Of a DNA stretch of 64,000 bases, positions 43,304-53,105 are shown in pieces. Every line of letters starts with the position of its first letter. Within the stretch, counting starts at the first letter, position 1. The notes under the pieces are model-generated. The model saw nothing but the letters and a program-made list of their open reading frames with translations, was not told where the DNA came from and made no database searches. The DNA is from Polyangiaceae bacterium (GTDB lineage: Bacteria; Myxococcota_A; Polyangia; Polyangiales; Polyangiaceae): the NCBI GenBank assembly GCA_044376115.1, contig JBILLK010000025.1, positions 64,001 to 128,000 of the forward strand. The letters run 5' to 3'. The translations under genes were made by a program, and so were the position numbers.

Positions 43304-43817
43304 CGACGTAAGTGCGTGGGGTTAGCGCAGGTCCCCGTGGTTGGTTCGCTCGATGCGACGTAACCGCCCGGAGCTAGCGCAGGTCCCCGGCGTTGCGTCG
43401 CATCGTCCGACGTAAGTGCCCGGAGCTGGCGCAGGTCCCCGGCGTTGCGTCGCATCGTCCGACGTAAGTGCCCGGAGCTGGCGCAGGTCCCCGGCGTTGC
43501 GTCGCATCGTCCGACGTAAGTGCCCGGAGCTAGCGCAGGTCCCCGGCGTTGCGTCGCATCGTCCGACGTAACCGCCCGGAGCTAGCGCAGGTCCCCGGCG
43601 TTGCGTCGCATCGTCCGACGTAACCGCCAGGGGCTGGCGCAGCTCCCCCGCGTTGGTTCGCATCGTCCGACGTAAGTGCCCGGAGCTAGCGCAGGTCCCC
43701 AGCGTTGCGTCGCATCGTCCGACGTAAGTGCCCGGAGCTAGCGCAGGTCCCCGGCGTTGCGTCGCATCGTCCGACGTAACCGCCAGGGGCTGGCGCAGCT
43801 CCCCCGCGTTGGTTCGC
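43304..43817. repeat. 52-bp tandem hairpin array, 10 copies, inverted relative to the 72/84-bp repeats
   Basis: CGACGTAAGTGCCCGGAGCTAGCGCAGGTCCCCGGCGTTGCGTCGCATCGTC every 52 bp from 43304 to 43772. Confidence 0.95.
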
Positions 43818-43907
43818 GCGCCCGCCTCGCCGCCCCAGCTCCCCAGCGTTGGTTCGCCGCCCCTGGCCCGCCCCTCCGCTTCGCCGCCCCACGCGCGGCC
43901 CTCATTC

Positions 43908-45953
43908 CTACCCCGCAGTCAGCCGCATGCCCCAGGCGCCGGGCACGCTCGAGGCCTTGCTACACAGGCTGCCCAGCGCGCTGAGCGCCGCCTCCTGCTG
44001 CGCGACGAAGTCCAGCGGATCGAAATGCAAGCTGGCACCCGCCTTGACGACGATCTCTCGGTAGAGCGTGCGTCGTTCGGCGGGGGTTACTTGGTAGCTG
44101 TCGAGCTCGACCAGCGATTGCTCGGGCGTGTACGGCTGGCCTCGGCGCAGGCGCCGCTCGCCTTGGAAGCGCACGTCTTCCGCGGCCAAAAACTCACGCC
44201 AGCGCTCGGGATCGGTGGTCGGCAGCTTCTCGACGTCATTGGCGCCCGCTTGCGGCCGATCACGGCCTGCACCGCGACGAGGAGGGCTCGCTTGCTCGCC
44301 CGGGAGCGGCGGGTCGGGCGGCGTCTCCGGATCCTTGTGGTCCACTGGGACCTCCACCGTTTCATACAGCTCGGCGCCGGTGATTCGTTGCAGCGCGAAG
44401 GCCGTGGTCTGCAGCAGCTCGGGCGGGGTCTCAATGTTTTCGAGCGTGGCGACCAGCCGCGCGAGACTGTGCGGGTGGCCGAGAAAGCCCAACGCCTCGA
44501 TCAACGCGCGCGAAGGGGCGAGCTGCAGGCGGTCCAACAAGAGCTGCGCGTCCTCGCGTTCGGCGGCCAATGCGAAGGGCAATAGCGCCTGGGCATCGGA
44601 CTCGATCCGCGGTCGCAAACGATCGAGCGGGAAGGCGACCCCGCCCATCACCGTCGCCCAAGCGGTGGCCGCGCGCAGCGCCTCGGTCTTGGCGGCCGCG
44701 TGACGGTCGAGCGCGCTGCCCAGTCCCTCCGGCTTGTGCGGCGCCGCGTGCAACAAAGCTTTCGTCGCCACTCGCTCGGATGCACCGCTCGCGAGCTCCA
44801 CCAACGTCTTGGGCGAGACCCAACGTCGATGCCCGAGCACGTCCACTGCGAGCGTTTGCAGGCCCTCCTCGGCGTCGCCGAGCCAGCGCGTAAGCAGCGG
44901 CCGTAGTCGGTCGTGAGGCACGAGCTTCAAGGCGTGGGCGGCTTCCCCGAGGATGGTCGCGTCCTCGAGCGCCACCACGCGGATCACCCGTTCGATCGCC
45001 GCGAGCGCGTCGCGCCCGCTGAACGAACCCAGCGCGAAACATAGGCCAAATACGTGTGAACCGTCTTTCGCTGGCGAATCCCAAAACAGCGACTCGAGCT
45101 GGTTGACGGCGCCCTCACCGAGCCCGGCCAACGCGTCGGCTGCGCGCAACATGCGCCGATCGAACACCACGCTGCCGCGCCAATAATCTCCCAACATGGG
45201 CGTTCGTTGCGCGCCCATGGTCGCGATCTCGAACCACAGATCGCGCGCTTTTTCGCGCCGGAATTGGGCCAGGGTTTGTGCAGACCAACTACCTGGGACC
45301 AAGCCCGGGGCTTGCACCGTCTGCTCGGCCTGCTTGCGCTCCTGCAGCCGCTGCTCGCGGGCGTTGTGTCGAGCGTCGCGTCGCTCTGCGGCCTGCTTGC
45401 GTAGCCGCTGCTGGTGTTCACGCAGGGCACTCAGCCGCTCGGCCGCAGACAGGCTTGGATCCTGCTCGAGCTGCGGCGCGGGCCGCTCCGCCGCGAGCGG
45501 CTCCGGCACGTCGTAGCGCGGCACGATCGAGGCGCGCGCAAGCTGATGCAGCTCCGGTAGCTCGGCGCTGGCGACCACCTCGCGGGCCTCGCTCAATCGG
45601 GCGGGGCGGCTTTCGAAGGCGCGCTCTGCGACCAAGAGCCAGCCGCGCGCTTTGGCTAGCCAATCAAAGAGCTCGCCGAAGGCGCTGTCGCGCGCGAACG
45701 CAGCGGACAAGAGTTCGCTGATTTCATCGACTCGGACCACCGCGTCGCGCACCGCTCCGAGCGGATCGCGGCGCGCATCGTAGGCGTCCAAAACCGCGCC
45801 TGTCGCGGCCTCCACGGCGCGCGCGATCGGCCGCAGGTCCTGCTGGCTCCGCGGCGCGGCGCACAGGGCGTTTCCCACCTCCGCGAGGACGGCCAGCACG
45901 GTCTCCAGCGAGGCTTCGTGTTCGGGGAGCTTGGCAGCAGCGTCTTCATTCAT
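43908..45953 (-). CDS. TIGR02270-like HEAT-repeat protein (T6SS accessory neighbourhood family)
   Basis: FDRRMLRAADAL, HEAT-like helices, IEALGFLGHP, AFALQRITGA and RLRRGQPY C-terminal motifs. Confidence 0.65.
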   Translation of the reverse strand: MNEDAAAKLPEHEASLETVLAVLAEVGNALCAAPRSQQDLRPIARAVEAATGAVLDAYDARRDPLGAVRDAVVRVDEISELLSAAFARDSAFGELFDWLAKARGWLLVAERAFESRPARLSEAREVVASAELPELHQLARASIVPRYDVPEPLAAERPAPQLEQDPSLSAAERLSALREHQQRLRKQAAERRDARHNAREQRLQERKQAEQTVQAPGLVPGSWSAQTLAQFRREKARDLWFEIATMGAQRTPMLGDYWRGSVVFDRRMLRAADALAGLGEGAVNQLESLFWDSPAKDGSHVFGLCFALGSFSGRDALAAIERVIRVVALEDATILGEAAHALKLVPHDRLRPLLTRWLGDAEEGLQTLAVDVLGHRRWVSPKTLVELASGASERVATKALLHAAPHKPEGLGSALDRHAAAKTEALRAATAWATVMGGVAFPLDRLRPRIESDAQALLPFALAAEREDAQLLLDRLQLAPSRALIEALGFLGHPHSLARLVATLENIETPPELLQTTAFALQRITGAELYETVEVPVDHKDPETPPDPPLPGEQASPPRRGAGRDRPQAGANDVEKLPTTDPERWREFLAAEDVRFQGERRLRRGQPYTPEQSLVELDSYQVTPAERRTLYREIVVKAGASLHFDPLDFVAQQEAALSALGSLCSKASSVPGAWGMRLTAG

Positions 45954-46026
45954 TGGGGTTGGGCGACGCGACGACGCGAGCGCCCTCGCAAGGTAGCCAA
46001 ACGCCCCTTCCTCCGAAAGAGGCGAG

Positions 46027-46488
46027 GTGGTAGGCCCCAAAGCCGTGACGATCAGCGATCAAGACCTCACTCGCTACACCCGCATCGTCGCGGCCATGGC
46101 CCAAGCTGAAGCGAGCGAGGACGTGCTCTCGCGTGAAGGCCTCACGGCGAGCGAGTTCGAGGCGCTGGAGAGTTCGATCGAGGGCGCGCTCTCGCTCGCG
46201 CTGGCAGAAGAGGGCTCGAACATCGCCCCCTTCGTCTTGCGTTATGAAGCTGCGTTGCGCAGCGCGCATGCGCAAGCGCTCGGCAAGACCTCGCTCAGCC
46301 TCGAGGAGTACGCCCGCGGCATCTCGATCATTACCTCCGGTCACGCGGATCCGTACGCAGCGTTGAAGCGCGCTGGTCTCGAGATGACCGAAGTGATGCG
46401 CGCTTCGGTTGCCTACGCACCGGAGCTCGCCCGCAACCCGGCCGCTGCAGCCACGTTCAAGCGGCTCTCCAAGCCTTCGCCGAAGTAG
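46027..46488 (+). CDS. Hypothetical protein with a duplicated helical motif
   Basis: DLTRYTRIVAAM...LSREGL and LSLEEYARGISII...LKRAGL halves. Confidence 0.65.
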   Translation: MVGPKAVTISDQDLTRYTRIVAAMAQAEASEDVLSREGLTASEFEALESSIEGALSLALAEEGSNIAPFVLRYEAALRSAHAQALGKTSLSLEEYARGISIITSGHADPYAALKRAGLEMTEVMRASVAYAPELARNPAAAATFKRLSKPSPK

Positions 46489-47475
46489 TCAGCCGGGCCC
46501 GTGTGCGTTGGCTGCTGCGGCGGCTGCCCCCGCTGCAAGCAACGTGTACGCGTCGTCCGCAAAACGAAGCACCCCGCGACACTCCAAGCCGAGCAAGCTC
46601 GCGGCCAACGCTTGCGGCGGCTGTTCGAGTCGCTCGGCCAACAGCGAAAGCGACGCCGGCCCAGGCGCGAGCGCTTTGACCAGCCGGCGCTCGGCTTCCC
46701 TCAGCGAGGCCCACAGCTGCGCCGCCTCCGCCGCTTGGACGCCGGCTGGCGCGCGAACTCGGGAGGCCTTCTCGCCGGCTTGCGAGGCCTTCGCGCTCGC
46801 GGGCTGCTCGCTCCGGAGCTGGCCTTGAACCAAGGCCAGCACGTCGTTGACCGAGAGCACCGGCGCGGCGCCCAGCTGCAACTCGATGCCGGTGCCAGCC
46901 CCGATCGTCCACGGAGCATGCGGTACTACGCCCAGCGGGCGCGCGTGTTTACGCGCATGGTGCGCGGTGTTGCGTGCGCCGCTGCGGAAGCCACATTCGA
47001 TCACGATGGTGGCCAGGCTGAGCAGCACCACCAGTTCGTTGCGATGGAAGAACTGATGGTTCCTCGCCACCGTGTCATCCTCGAACGGCGAGATAACCGC
47101 ACCGCCGCCCTCGACGATCGCGCGGAACAGTTCGACGTGTTGCGCCTGCACGCGCCCAAGGCCCGAGCCGATCAGCGCCGCGGTGCGACCTCCCGCTGCG
47201 ATCGCCGCTCGATGAGCCGCTTCATCGATGCCGACGGCTCCGCCCGATACGATGCTGAAGCCCTTCCGCACCAGGTCGTGCGCGAGCTGCTCGGTGAAGG
47301 CCAGCGCCTGTGCGCTCGCCTCCCGTTTCCCGACCAACGCAATCGCCGGCCGATCGAAGTCGAAGTGGCCTCGAACGCGCAACACGGGGGCCTTGGGCAA
47401 CGCGCGCAGTGCGCGCGGATACTGCGAATCGCCCGGATTCAGGGTGAGAGCATTCACACCAAGCCCTTCACCCAA
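46489..47475 (-). CDS. dprA: DNA-processing protein DprA
   Basis: YPRAL, IALVGKREAS, IVSGGAVGIDEAAH, FFHRNELV, SGARNTA and a C-terminal winged helix. Confidence 0.92.
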   Translation of the reverse strand: MGEGLGVNALTLNPGDSQYPRALRALPKAPVLRVRGHFDFDRPAIALVGKREASAQALAFTEQLAHDLVRKGFSIVSGGAVGIDEAAHRAAIAAGGRTAALIGSGLGRVQAQHVELFRAIVEGGGAVISPFEDDTVARNHQFFHRNELVVLLSLATIVIECGFRSGARNTAHHARKHARPLGVVPHAPWTIGAGTGIELQLGAAPVLSVNDVLALVQGQLRSEQPASAKASQAGEKASRVRAPAGVQAAEAAQLWASLREAERRLVKALAPGPASLSLLAERLEQPPQALAASLLGLECRGVLRFADDAYTLLAAGAAAAAANAHGPG

Positions 47476-47553
47476 CGCCGGCGTGAGTTGCGTACGAAGT
47501 TGCAGCCGTCGGACGAAGTTGCCGCCTCCTCTCGGGCCCTCTACGCTCAGCAG

Positions 47554-48930
47554 GTGAAGTTCGCTCGGCTGCTCGGCATTTGTTGTCTTGGCCTCGTTGC
47601 CTGTCGAGACTGGGCGCGGTTCGAATCCAGCGGAGGAAGTGCTGGTAGCACCGAGGGTGGAGGCGGCCTAGGCGGCAACGCCGGCGGCATGAGCGCTGGC
47701 GGTGCGAACGTTGGTGGAGCGAGCACTGGCGGCGCGGCGGTAGGCGGCGCGAGCAGCGGCGGTTCTGGCGGAACTGGCCCGGCTGAGTGCGGCACGATCG
47801 AGGCGCTGGAGAGTTCCTTCGACCAAGCGCTCGACTGGCGCTGGCAAGCCTACGATACCAACGTCTTCACGACCGAGGGCGGGGACCTCGTCATTCACGT
47901 ACCGGAGGCAGCGAGCTACTACAGCCTCGACACCGCCGTGCAGTGGGACTTCACCGGGCGGTCCCTCACCCTCGAGCTCGAGCCTGTACCGCTCGGCGTG
48001 GGCTTCTGGTTCGACATCGGCTCCGACCCGGAAAACTACGCGGAGTTTCTCGTCACCGAAGAAGGCCAACTGCTCCACGTGACAGAGACCGAGAACGACT
48101 TTCAGGTCATCATGGGCGAGCCCTACAACCCAGTCGAACATCGCTTCTTGCGACTGCGCGAGCAGAACGGATCGATCATTTACGGTGTCTCGGCCGACGG
48201 CGAGACTTTCCAGGAACGGCTTGAACTCCCGACCGCCGGTTGGTTCGATCCGCGCTACGTCGACGTCTTCCTGGGCTTCCCGACGATGGGCGGCCCCAAG
48301 CCGGATCTTCGTGCGCGCTTCATGCAAACCAGCGCCGTGAACACGCCGCTCTGCAAGGTGGAGACGCTGAGCGACAACTTCAACGACGGGGTGATCGGCC
48401 CGCAGTGGAACAACTCCTTCGCGCAGCCAGGCTGCGCGCTCTTGGAGCAGGAAGGGCGCGTCCAGATCGCGTGTCCACCCACCCAGTACGTGCAAACCAG
48501 CTTGGTCTCCTCGTCCGCCTATGACCTGACTGGCTCGTCGGTGACGGTGGAGCCTGGCAACGCGACGATGAACGATGGTGACAACGTGTACGCCGCGCTG
48601 ATCGTGCGGGAGGCAGGCGATACTGGGTCCTTCTGGTTTTACGAGCTATTCGAAGGGTCGCTTGAACTCTACGAGATTACCGACTTCAACTGGCAACCCG
48701 TCAAACAAGTCCCGTACGTCCCTGAAGATGGCAGCATCCTGCGCGTCCGCGAGCAGGCGGGGCAGGTGATCTTCGAGCGCTCGGTGGACGGCGTAACCTT
48801 CACCAACTTCATCAGCCGCACGCCCCATATCGACGTCACCAAGCTGCAGATCGAGCTCAGCGGTGGCGTCAGCGAATTCCCCAACGCCCCGGTCGAGGTT
48901 TGGTTCGATAACCTGAACGTCGTACCCTAA
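47554..48930 (+). CDS. Lipoprotein with two tandem beta-sandwich (ConA-like) domains
   Basis: Lipobox LVAC, Gly-rich linker, repeated WDFTGRSLTLE / YDLTGSSVTVE and LRLREQNGS..GVSADG / LRVREQAGQ..ERSVDG. Confidence 0.7.
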   Translation: MKFARLLGICCLGLVACRDWARFESSGGSAGSTEGGGGLGGNAGGMSAGGANVGGASTGGAAVGGASSGGSGGTGPAECGTIEALESSFDQALDWRWQAYDTNVFTTEGGDLVIHVPEAASYYSLDTAVQWDFTGRSLTLELEPVPLGVGFWFDIGSDPENYAEFLVTEEGQLLHVTETENDFQVIMGEPYNPVEHRFLRLREQNGSIIYGVSADGETFQERLELPTAGWFDPRYVDVFLGFPTMGGPKPDLRARFMQTSAVNTPLCKVETLSDNFNDGVIGPQWNNSFAQPGCALLEQEGRVQIACPPTQYVQTSLVSSSAYDLTGSSVTVEPGNATMNDGDNVYAALIVREAGDTGSFWFYELFEGSLELYEITDFNWQPVKQVPYVPEDGSILRVREQAGQVIFERSVDGVTFTNFISRTPHIDVTKLQIELSGGVSEFPNAPVEVWFDNLNVVP

Positions 48931-48975
48931 GCGGCGTTGCTCGCGCCGGCTCGAGCGGCCAGCGCGAGCCCGACG

Positions 48976-49692
48976 TCAGTAGTGGTAGTTCACCGTGTAC
49001 GTCACGCACTCGTTCGCCAGCGTTCGAACCGACATATAGACCTTCACGTCGTCGCTGGTGTTGGCGCAGTCGGGGGCTACGTCGAAGCCGCTGTCGGCGC
49101 AGCAGCCCGGCCTGCCGTCAGGGCTGGTGGCGGCGTTGGAGCCGTTGGGGCAGCTGAAGGCCGGCGTGCTGTCGTCGATGCACTGGAAGTACTTGCAGAA
49201 GCGCACTGGCGCGTTCGACTGAACCTCACGCGTGGCGTCCACGACGCAGAAAAAGTCATCGCTCGCTTGGTATTTGTACCAATCCAAATCATCGATCCCA
49301 GCCACCATACCGCTGAAGGAACCGCCATCCTCGTCGCAGTCGGTGATGGTGCCGAGGTCGGTCGCCGAGGACTCGGTGTTGTTCGGCTCGGGGCCGGGAT
49401 CTTCACAACCCGGGCCGCTGCCGCCGGGTTGCTCGCCGCCCATTCCGCCGCCTTCTCCGCTGCCACCCGTCGAGGACGTCGTCGGGCCGGTGGGGCCGGT
49501 CGGACCCGTGGGGCCGGTGGGACCCGTCGGGCCGGTGGGGCTACTCGAGGTGGTCCCGCCGTTCGAGCTATTGCCTCCGTTGTTGCCTCCGGACCCTCCT
49601 TCTCCACCGAGCGGCTCAAAACCGGGAGGCGGCGCTTCGGGGGAACAGGCTGCGGTGAAACAAGCGGTAAGCAAGAGGTGGCGTAGGCGCAT
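48976..49692 (-). CDS. Cys-rich lipoprotein with (GPT)6 repeat and EPNN/PPC-like domain
   Basis: TAAC lipobox, PTGPTGPTG repeat, EPNNTESSA...DDLDWYKY. Confidence 0.7.
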   Translation of the reverse strand: MRLRHLLLTACFTAACSPEAPPPGFEPLGGEGGSGGNNGGNSSNGGTTSSSPTGPTGPTGPTGPTGPTGPTTSSTGGSGEGGGMGGEQPGGSGPGCEDPGPEPNNTESSATDLGTITDCDEDGGSFSGMVAGIDDLDWYKYQASDDFFCVVDATREVQSNAPVRFCKYFQCIDDSTPAFSCPNGSNAATSPDGRPGCCADSGFDVAPDCANTSDDVKVYMSVRTLANECVTYTVNYHY

Positions 49693-49720
49693 CGAACGAG
49701 CATACCTTCTTCGCGCTGCG

Positions 49721-50713
49721 ATGAAGAGAGTCCTCATTCTGGGCGCCGGTGCGGTTGGTCAGGTCTACGGTTTTCACCTGCAACGAGCGGGCTTCGAAGT
49801 CGGCGTTTGGGTGCGGCCCAGGCGCGTGAAGGAGGCTCGCGAAGGCTTTCCGCTGACGCAGATCCAGCTGGGTAAGCCGCGTCGCCAAGCGAAGTTCCGC
49901 CCTGATTTCGTCGCCAGCAACGTGAGCGAGCTGCCGCCGGAGATCGCCGCCGTCTGGGTTTGTCTGGCCACGACCTCGCTCGAAGACAGCCTGATCGCCG
50001 AGCTTTGCGCGGCTTGCCCGCGAGCCACCTTCGTCGTGCTTTCGCCGGGGCACTTCGTCAAGCAGCGGATGGACGCGCTGGTAGGCGCCTCACGTGCGCT
50101 CTACGGCATCATCGGTATGAGCAGCTATCACGCGCCGCTCGAGGGCAGCACGCAGGCGCGCGAGCTGGAGACGGCCGCGGGCACCGCGTACTTCCTCGCG
50201 ACCACGGTGCTCTCGGGCGAGTCGCAGCGGCGCGCGCTCGAGATGCGTGACGCTCTGCGCGCCGGCGGCGTGCCGGTAACGCTCGTCCCCGATGCGTCGG
50301 TCGAGCTCACGCTCTCCAGCGCCGTGCTGATGCCCAACATCGCCTGCCTCGAACTCGTGGGTTACGACTTTGCTCGCTTCCGCGCCGAACAGGCGGAGCT
50401 CGCGGCGCAAGCGACGGCGGACTCGCTGCGCGTCGCCTGCGCGCTGACCGGCGCTACGCCGCCGCTGTTTGCGCCGCTGCTCAGCCCCTTCGCTTTGCGC
50501 GTGGGTTCGCAGCTCGCCGCGCGCTTCGCCCCGTTCGATATCGAGGCGTTCTTGCGCTTTCACTTCACCAAGGTGCGAGCACAGACCGAGCTGCTGCTCG
50601 CCACCTCGGTGAAGGAGGCCGCGGCGCGCGGCCTCTCGGTACCCTCGCTCAGCCGGCTTTACGAACGCTTCCTTGCGGCGAGCGACGACGTCGCGCCGCC
50701 AAAAGCACACTGA
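49721..50713 (+). CDS. Ketopantoate reductase (PanE/ApbA)-family protein, divergent
   Basis: N-terminal VLILGAGAVGQVYGFHLQRAG Rossmann motif; C-terminal AAARGLSVP. Confidence 0.7.
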   Translation: MKRVLILGAGAVGQVYGFHLQRAGFEVGVWVRPRRVKEAREGFPLTQIQLGKPRRQAKFRPDFVASNVSELPPEIAAVWVCLATTSLEDSLIAELCAACPRATFVVLSPGHFVKQRMDALVGASRALYGIIGMSSYHAPLEGSTQARELETAAGTAYFLATTVLSGESQRRALEMRDALRAGGVPVTLVPDASVELTLSSAVLMPNIACLELVGYDFARFRAEQAELAAQATADSLRVACALTGATPPLFAPLLSPFALRVGSQLAARFAPFDIEAFLRFHFTKVRAQTELLLATSVKEAAARGLSVPSLSRLYERFLAASDDVAPPKAH

Positions 50714-51467
50714 GCCCAAGCACGGCGAGCGCGCCCTGCTCGCTCGTGTTTCCACCCAAAACGCAGCCGCAGCCACCTTGCTTCGGCGGGACCGGCGGCG
50801 GCTCGGAGGCGGCGGGCGGATCGCTGTCGGCTGGGGGCGTGGAGGGCTCGTCGTTCGCGGGCTCTTTCTTCTCGGGCTCATCGGCCGGGGGCGGCGGCGG
50901 CGCCTTCTTCTTGTTCGGATCTTCACCAACGAACGAGATCGAACGGCGGTCCACCGCCTTGTTCTCGCCGTTGAGGATCAGCCGAACCTTCGAGCCGAGC
51001 GTCTCCATCGTGTCCGACTTCTTGACGATCATCACGTACTCACCGGCCTCGAAGCCTTTGTCGCGGGTGAGCGTGATCTTGAACTTGGTGCTCTTGAAGA
51101 TCTTGCCGGTCCCGTCGCCGAAGCTGATGTCGGTGCTGACGTCGATCGTCTTTTGGTTCTGCAGCTGACGCTTGGTGAGCACCGGCTTGTCGCCCGATTC
51201 ATCGGTCAGCGAGCGTTCGTACAGCGTTACCGGCTCGAAGGTGATCAGCACCGGAATGAACTGGATGTCCGGCATCGTTCCGTTGTCGACCGTGAAGCTA
51301 AACCGCCAAGAGCCCTCGACCTCGTCGATGGCGAGCTTGTCGGCTTTGATGGTTCCCTTGGCCAACGCCACGGAGGGCAGGGTGATGAGGCCCAGCAAGG
51401 CGCAGAGTGCGAAGAAGAGCGCGCTCAGCGAGCGCCGCCCAACCTTCGTGGTTCGGTGGATCTTCAT
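50649..51467 (-). CDS. Exported protein with MYXO-CTERM sorting signal
   Basis: Signal peptide; C-terminal KQGGCGC...ALAVLGLSVLLAARRRR. Confidence 0.8.
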   Translation of the reverse strand: MKIHRTTKVGRRSLSALFFALCALLGLITLPSVALAKGTIKADKLAIDEVEGSWRFSFTVDNGTMPDIQFIPVLITFEPVTLYERSLTDESGDKPVLTKRQLQNQKTIDVSTDISFGDGTGKIFKSTKFKITLTRDKGFEAGEYVMIVKKSDTMETLGSKVRLILNGENKAVDRRSISFVGEDPNKKKAPPPPPADEPEKKEPANDEPSTPPADSDPPAASEPPPVPPKQGGCGCVLGGNTSEQGALAVLGLSVLLAARRRRSPQGSVRKAG

Positions 51468-51533
51468 GGCCGCGCAGCGTACACGAACTTCGGCCAAGCT
51501 CGAGAGGGCGATGCCTGGCCGCTCGGCTTGGCG

Positions 51534-52901
51534 CTACAGCGCGACCTTGGCTCGGAAGGCCTCCAGGTCCACCAGCGCTCGCTCGGCCAGCTTCTCGTAG
51601 CGGTCGCGCTTCTTCACCTTGCGCGAGAGCGATTCCATTGGCGGAATGTGGGCCCAGGTGATGTTCGAGGGCTGGTATTTGCCGGAGGCCGAGGGGCGCG
51701 TGAGGTGGGTGAGCAGCCCGCCGAAGGCCGTGGTGCTCGGAGGGAAGGGCAGCTCTTCGCCCTTGAGGTGAGCGGCCAGCAGCACCGAACAAAGGAAGCC
51801 GGAGGCCGCGCTCTCCACGTAGCCCTCGACGCCGGAGATCTGCCCGGCCAGGAACACCCCCGCCGTACTCTTCAGCTGCATGCGCTCGTCGAGCACGCTC
51901 GGCGCATCGACGAAGGTGTTGCGGTGCACCGAGCCCATGCGCAAAAACTCGGCCTCCTCGAGCCCGGGGATCATGCGAAACACGCGCAGTTGCTCGGCGT
52001 ACTTCATGCGCGTCTGAAAGCCGACGAGGTTGTACGCCGTCTGCGCCTCGTCCTCGGGGCGCAGTTGCAACACAGCGTGCGGTCTGCGGCCGGTCTTCGG
52101 ATCGGTGAGACCGACCGGCTTCATCGGACCAAAGGCCAAGGTCTGTTCCCCGCGTTCGGCCATCACTTCGCACGGCAAGCAGCCCTCGAAGTACTTGGTC
52201 TCCTCGAAGGCGCGCGCCTCGACTTTGTCGGAGGCCACCAAGGCTGCGACGAAAGCCTTGTATTGCGCTTCGTCGAACGGGCAGTTCACGTACGCCTCAT
52301 CCCCGCCGTCGCTGCTGGTGCCGGTGCCTTCGGGAGCGCTGCCGCCCTTGCCGTAGCGGCTCTGCTTCCAAACGCGATCCCAAAGAATCGAATCGGCGGC
52401 CACGATGGGCGCGATCGCGTCGTAGTAAGCGAGCTGACTGCCGCCGATCAACGACTCCAGGTCCTTCGCCAGCTCATCGCTGGTCAGCGGGCCGGTCGCC
52501 AAGATGGTCGGCTGTTCGCGCGGGACCTTGGTGACCTCCTCCTCGACCACGCGGATCAGCGGGTGGTTGCGCAGCATCGTGGTCACGTCCACGCCGAACT
52601 TCTCGCGGTCCACGGCGAACGCTCCACCGGCCGGGACCTGCGTTCGATCCGCCGCCGCCATCACGAAGGAGCCGCAGCGACGCAGCTCTTCCTTCAGCAG
52701 GCCCACGGCGTTCGCCAGCGCGCTTCCGCGCAGCGAGTTGGAGCAAACCAGCTCACAGAAGTGGTCGCTCGTTTGCGCCGGCGTGCGTTTCTTGGGCTTC
52801 ATCTCGTGCAGCGTCACGTGGATCCCGCGCGCTGCAAGTTGAAGAGCGGCCTCGCTACCGGCCAGACCGGCCCCGACGACAGTGACCCGAAGTTCGGACA
52901 T
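51534..52901 (-). CDS. trmFO: Methylenetetrahydrofolate-tRNA-(uracil-5-)-methyltransferase TrmFO
   Basis: [50 protein letters not shown] and [15 protein letters not shown] motifs. Confidence 0.97.
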   Translation of the reverse strand: MSELRVTVVGAGLAGSEAALQLAARGIHVTLHEMKPKKRTPAQTSDHFCELVCSNSLRGSALANAVGLLKEELRRCGSFVMAAADRTQVPAGGAFAVDREKFGVDVTTMLRNHPLIRVVEEEVTKVPREQPTILATGPLTSDELAKDLESLIGGSQLAYYDAIAPIVAADSILWDRVWKQSRYGKGGSAPEGTGTSSDGGDEAYVNCPFDEAQYKAFVAALVASDKVEARAFEETKYFEGCLPCEVMAERGEQTLAFGPMKPVGLTDPKTGRRPHAVLQLRPEDEAQTAYNLVGFQTRMKYAEQLRVFRMIPGLEEAEFLRMGSVHRNTFVDAPSVLDERMQLKSTAGVFLAGQISGVEGYVESAASGFLCSVLLAAHLKGEELPFPPSTTAFGGLLTHLTRPSASGKYQPSNITWAHIPPMESLSRKVKKRDRYEKLAERALVDLEAFRAKVAL

Positions 52902-53105
52902 GCCTGTCGCTTCGTCCGGCGGCCCTCTCACTGCAAGTCCAATCCACCTTTCTGGTAGTCGGCCGTGGCCACGTCCTCGTGGAGCATTCTGCCCGCCTCG
53001 AGTCCGCGCAGGACCGTGGCAGTTCGCCATCGTCCTCATTCGACCGCTTGGTTCAGCTCATTCGCGGGAGTTCGCACTGTCGTAATCGCCGCGTACTATC
53101 CCGCG

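Noticed and set aside
42752..43817. CRISPR array
   Set aside because: Units are contiguous with no unique spacers, and there are no cas genes in the window.
42548..43892. ORFs within the repeat arrays (e.g. 42548..43264, 42794..43093, 43322..43663)
   Set aside because: They are translations of tandem DNA repeats, open in several frames, with no independent coding evidence.
46501..47553. N-terminal 350 aa of the 809-aa ORF
   Set aside because: Antisense shadow of dprA; the real gene likely starts at GTG 47554 with a lipoprotein signal.
50673..52958. 761-aa plus-strand ORF
   Set aside because: Antisense shadow of trmFO and the MYXO-CTERM gene, as expected in high-GC DNA.
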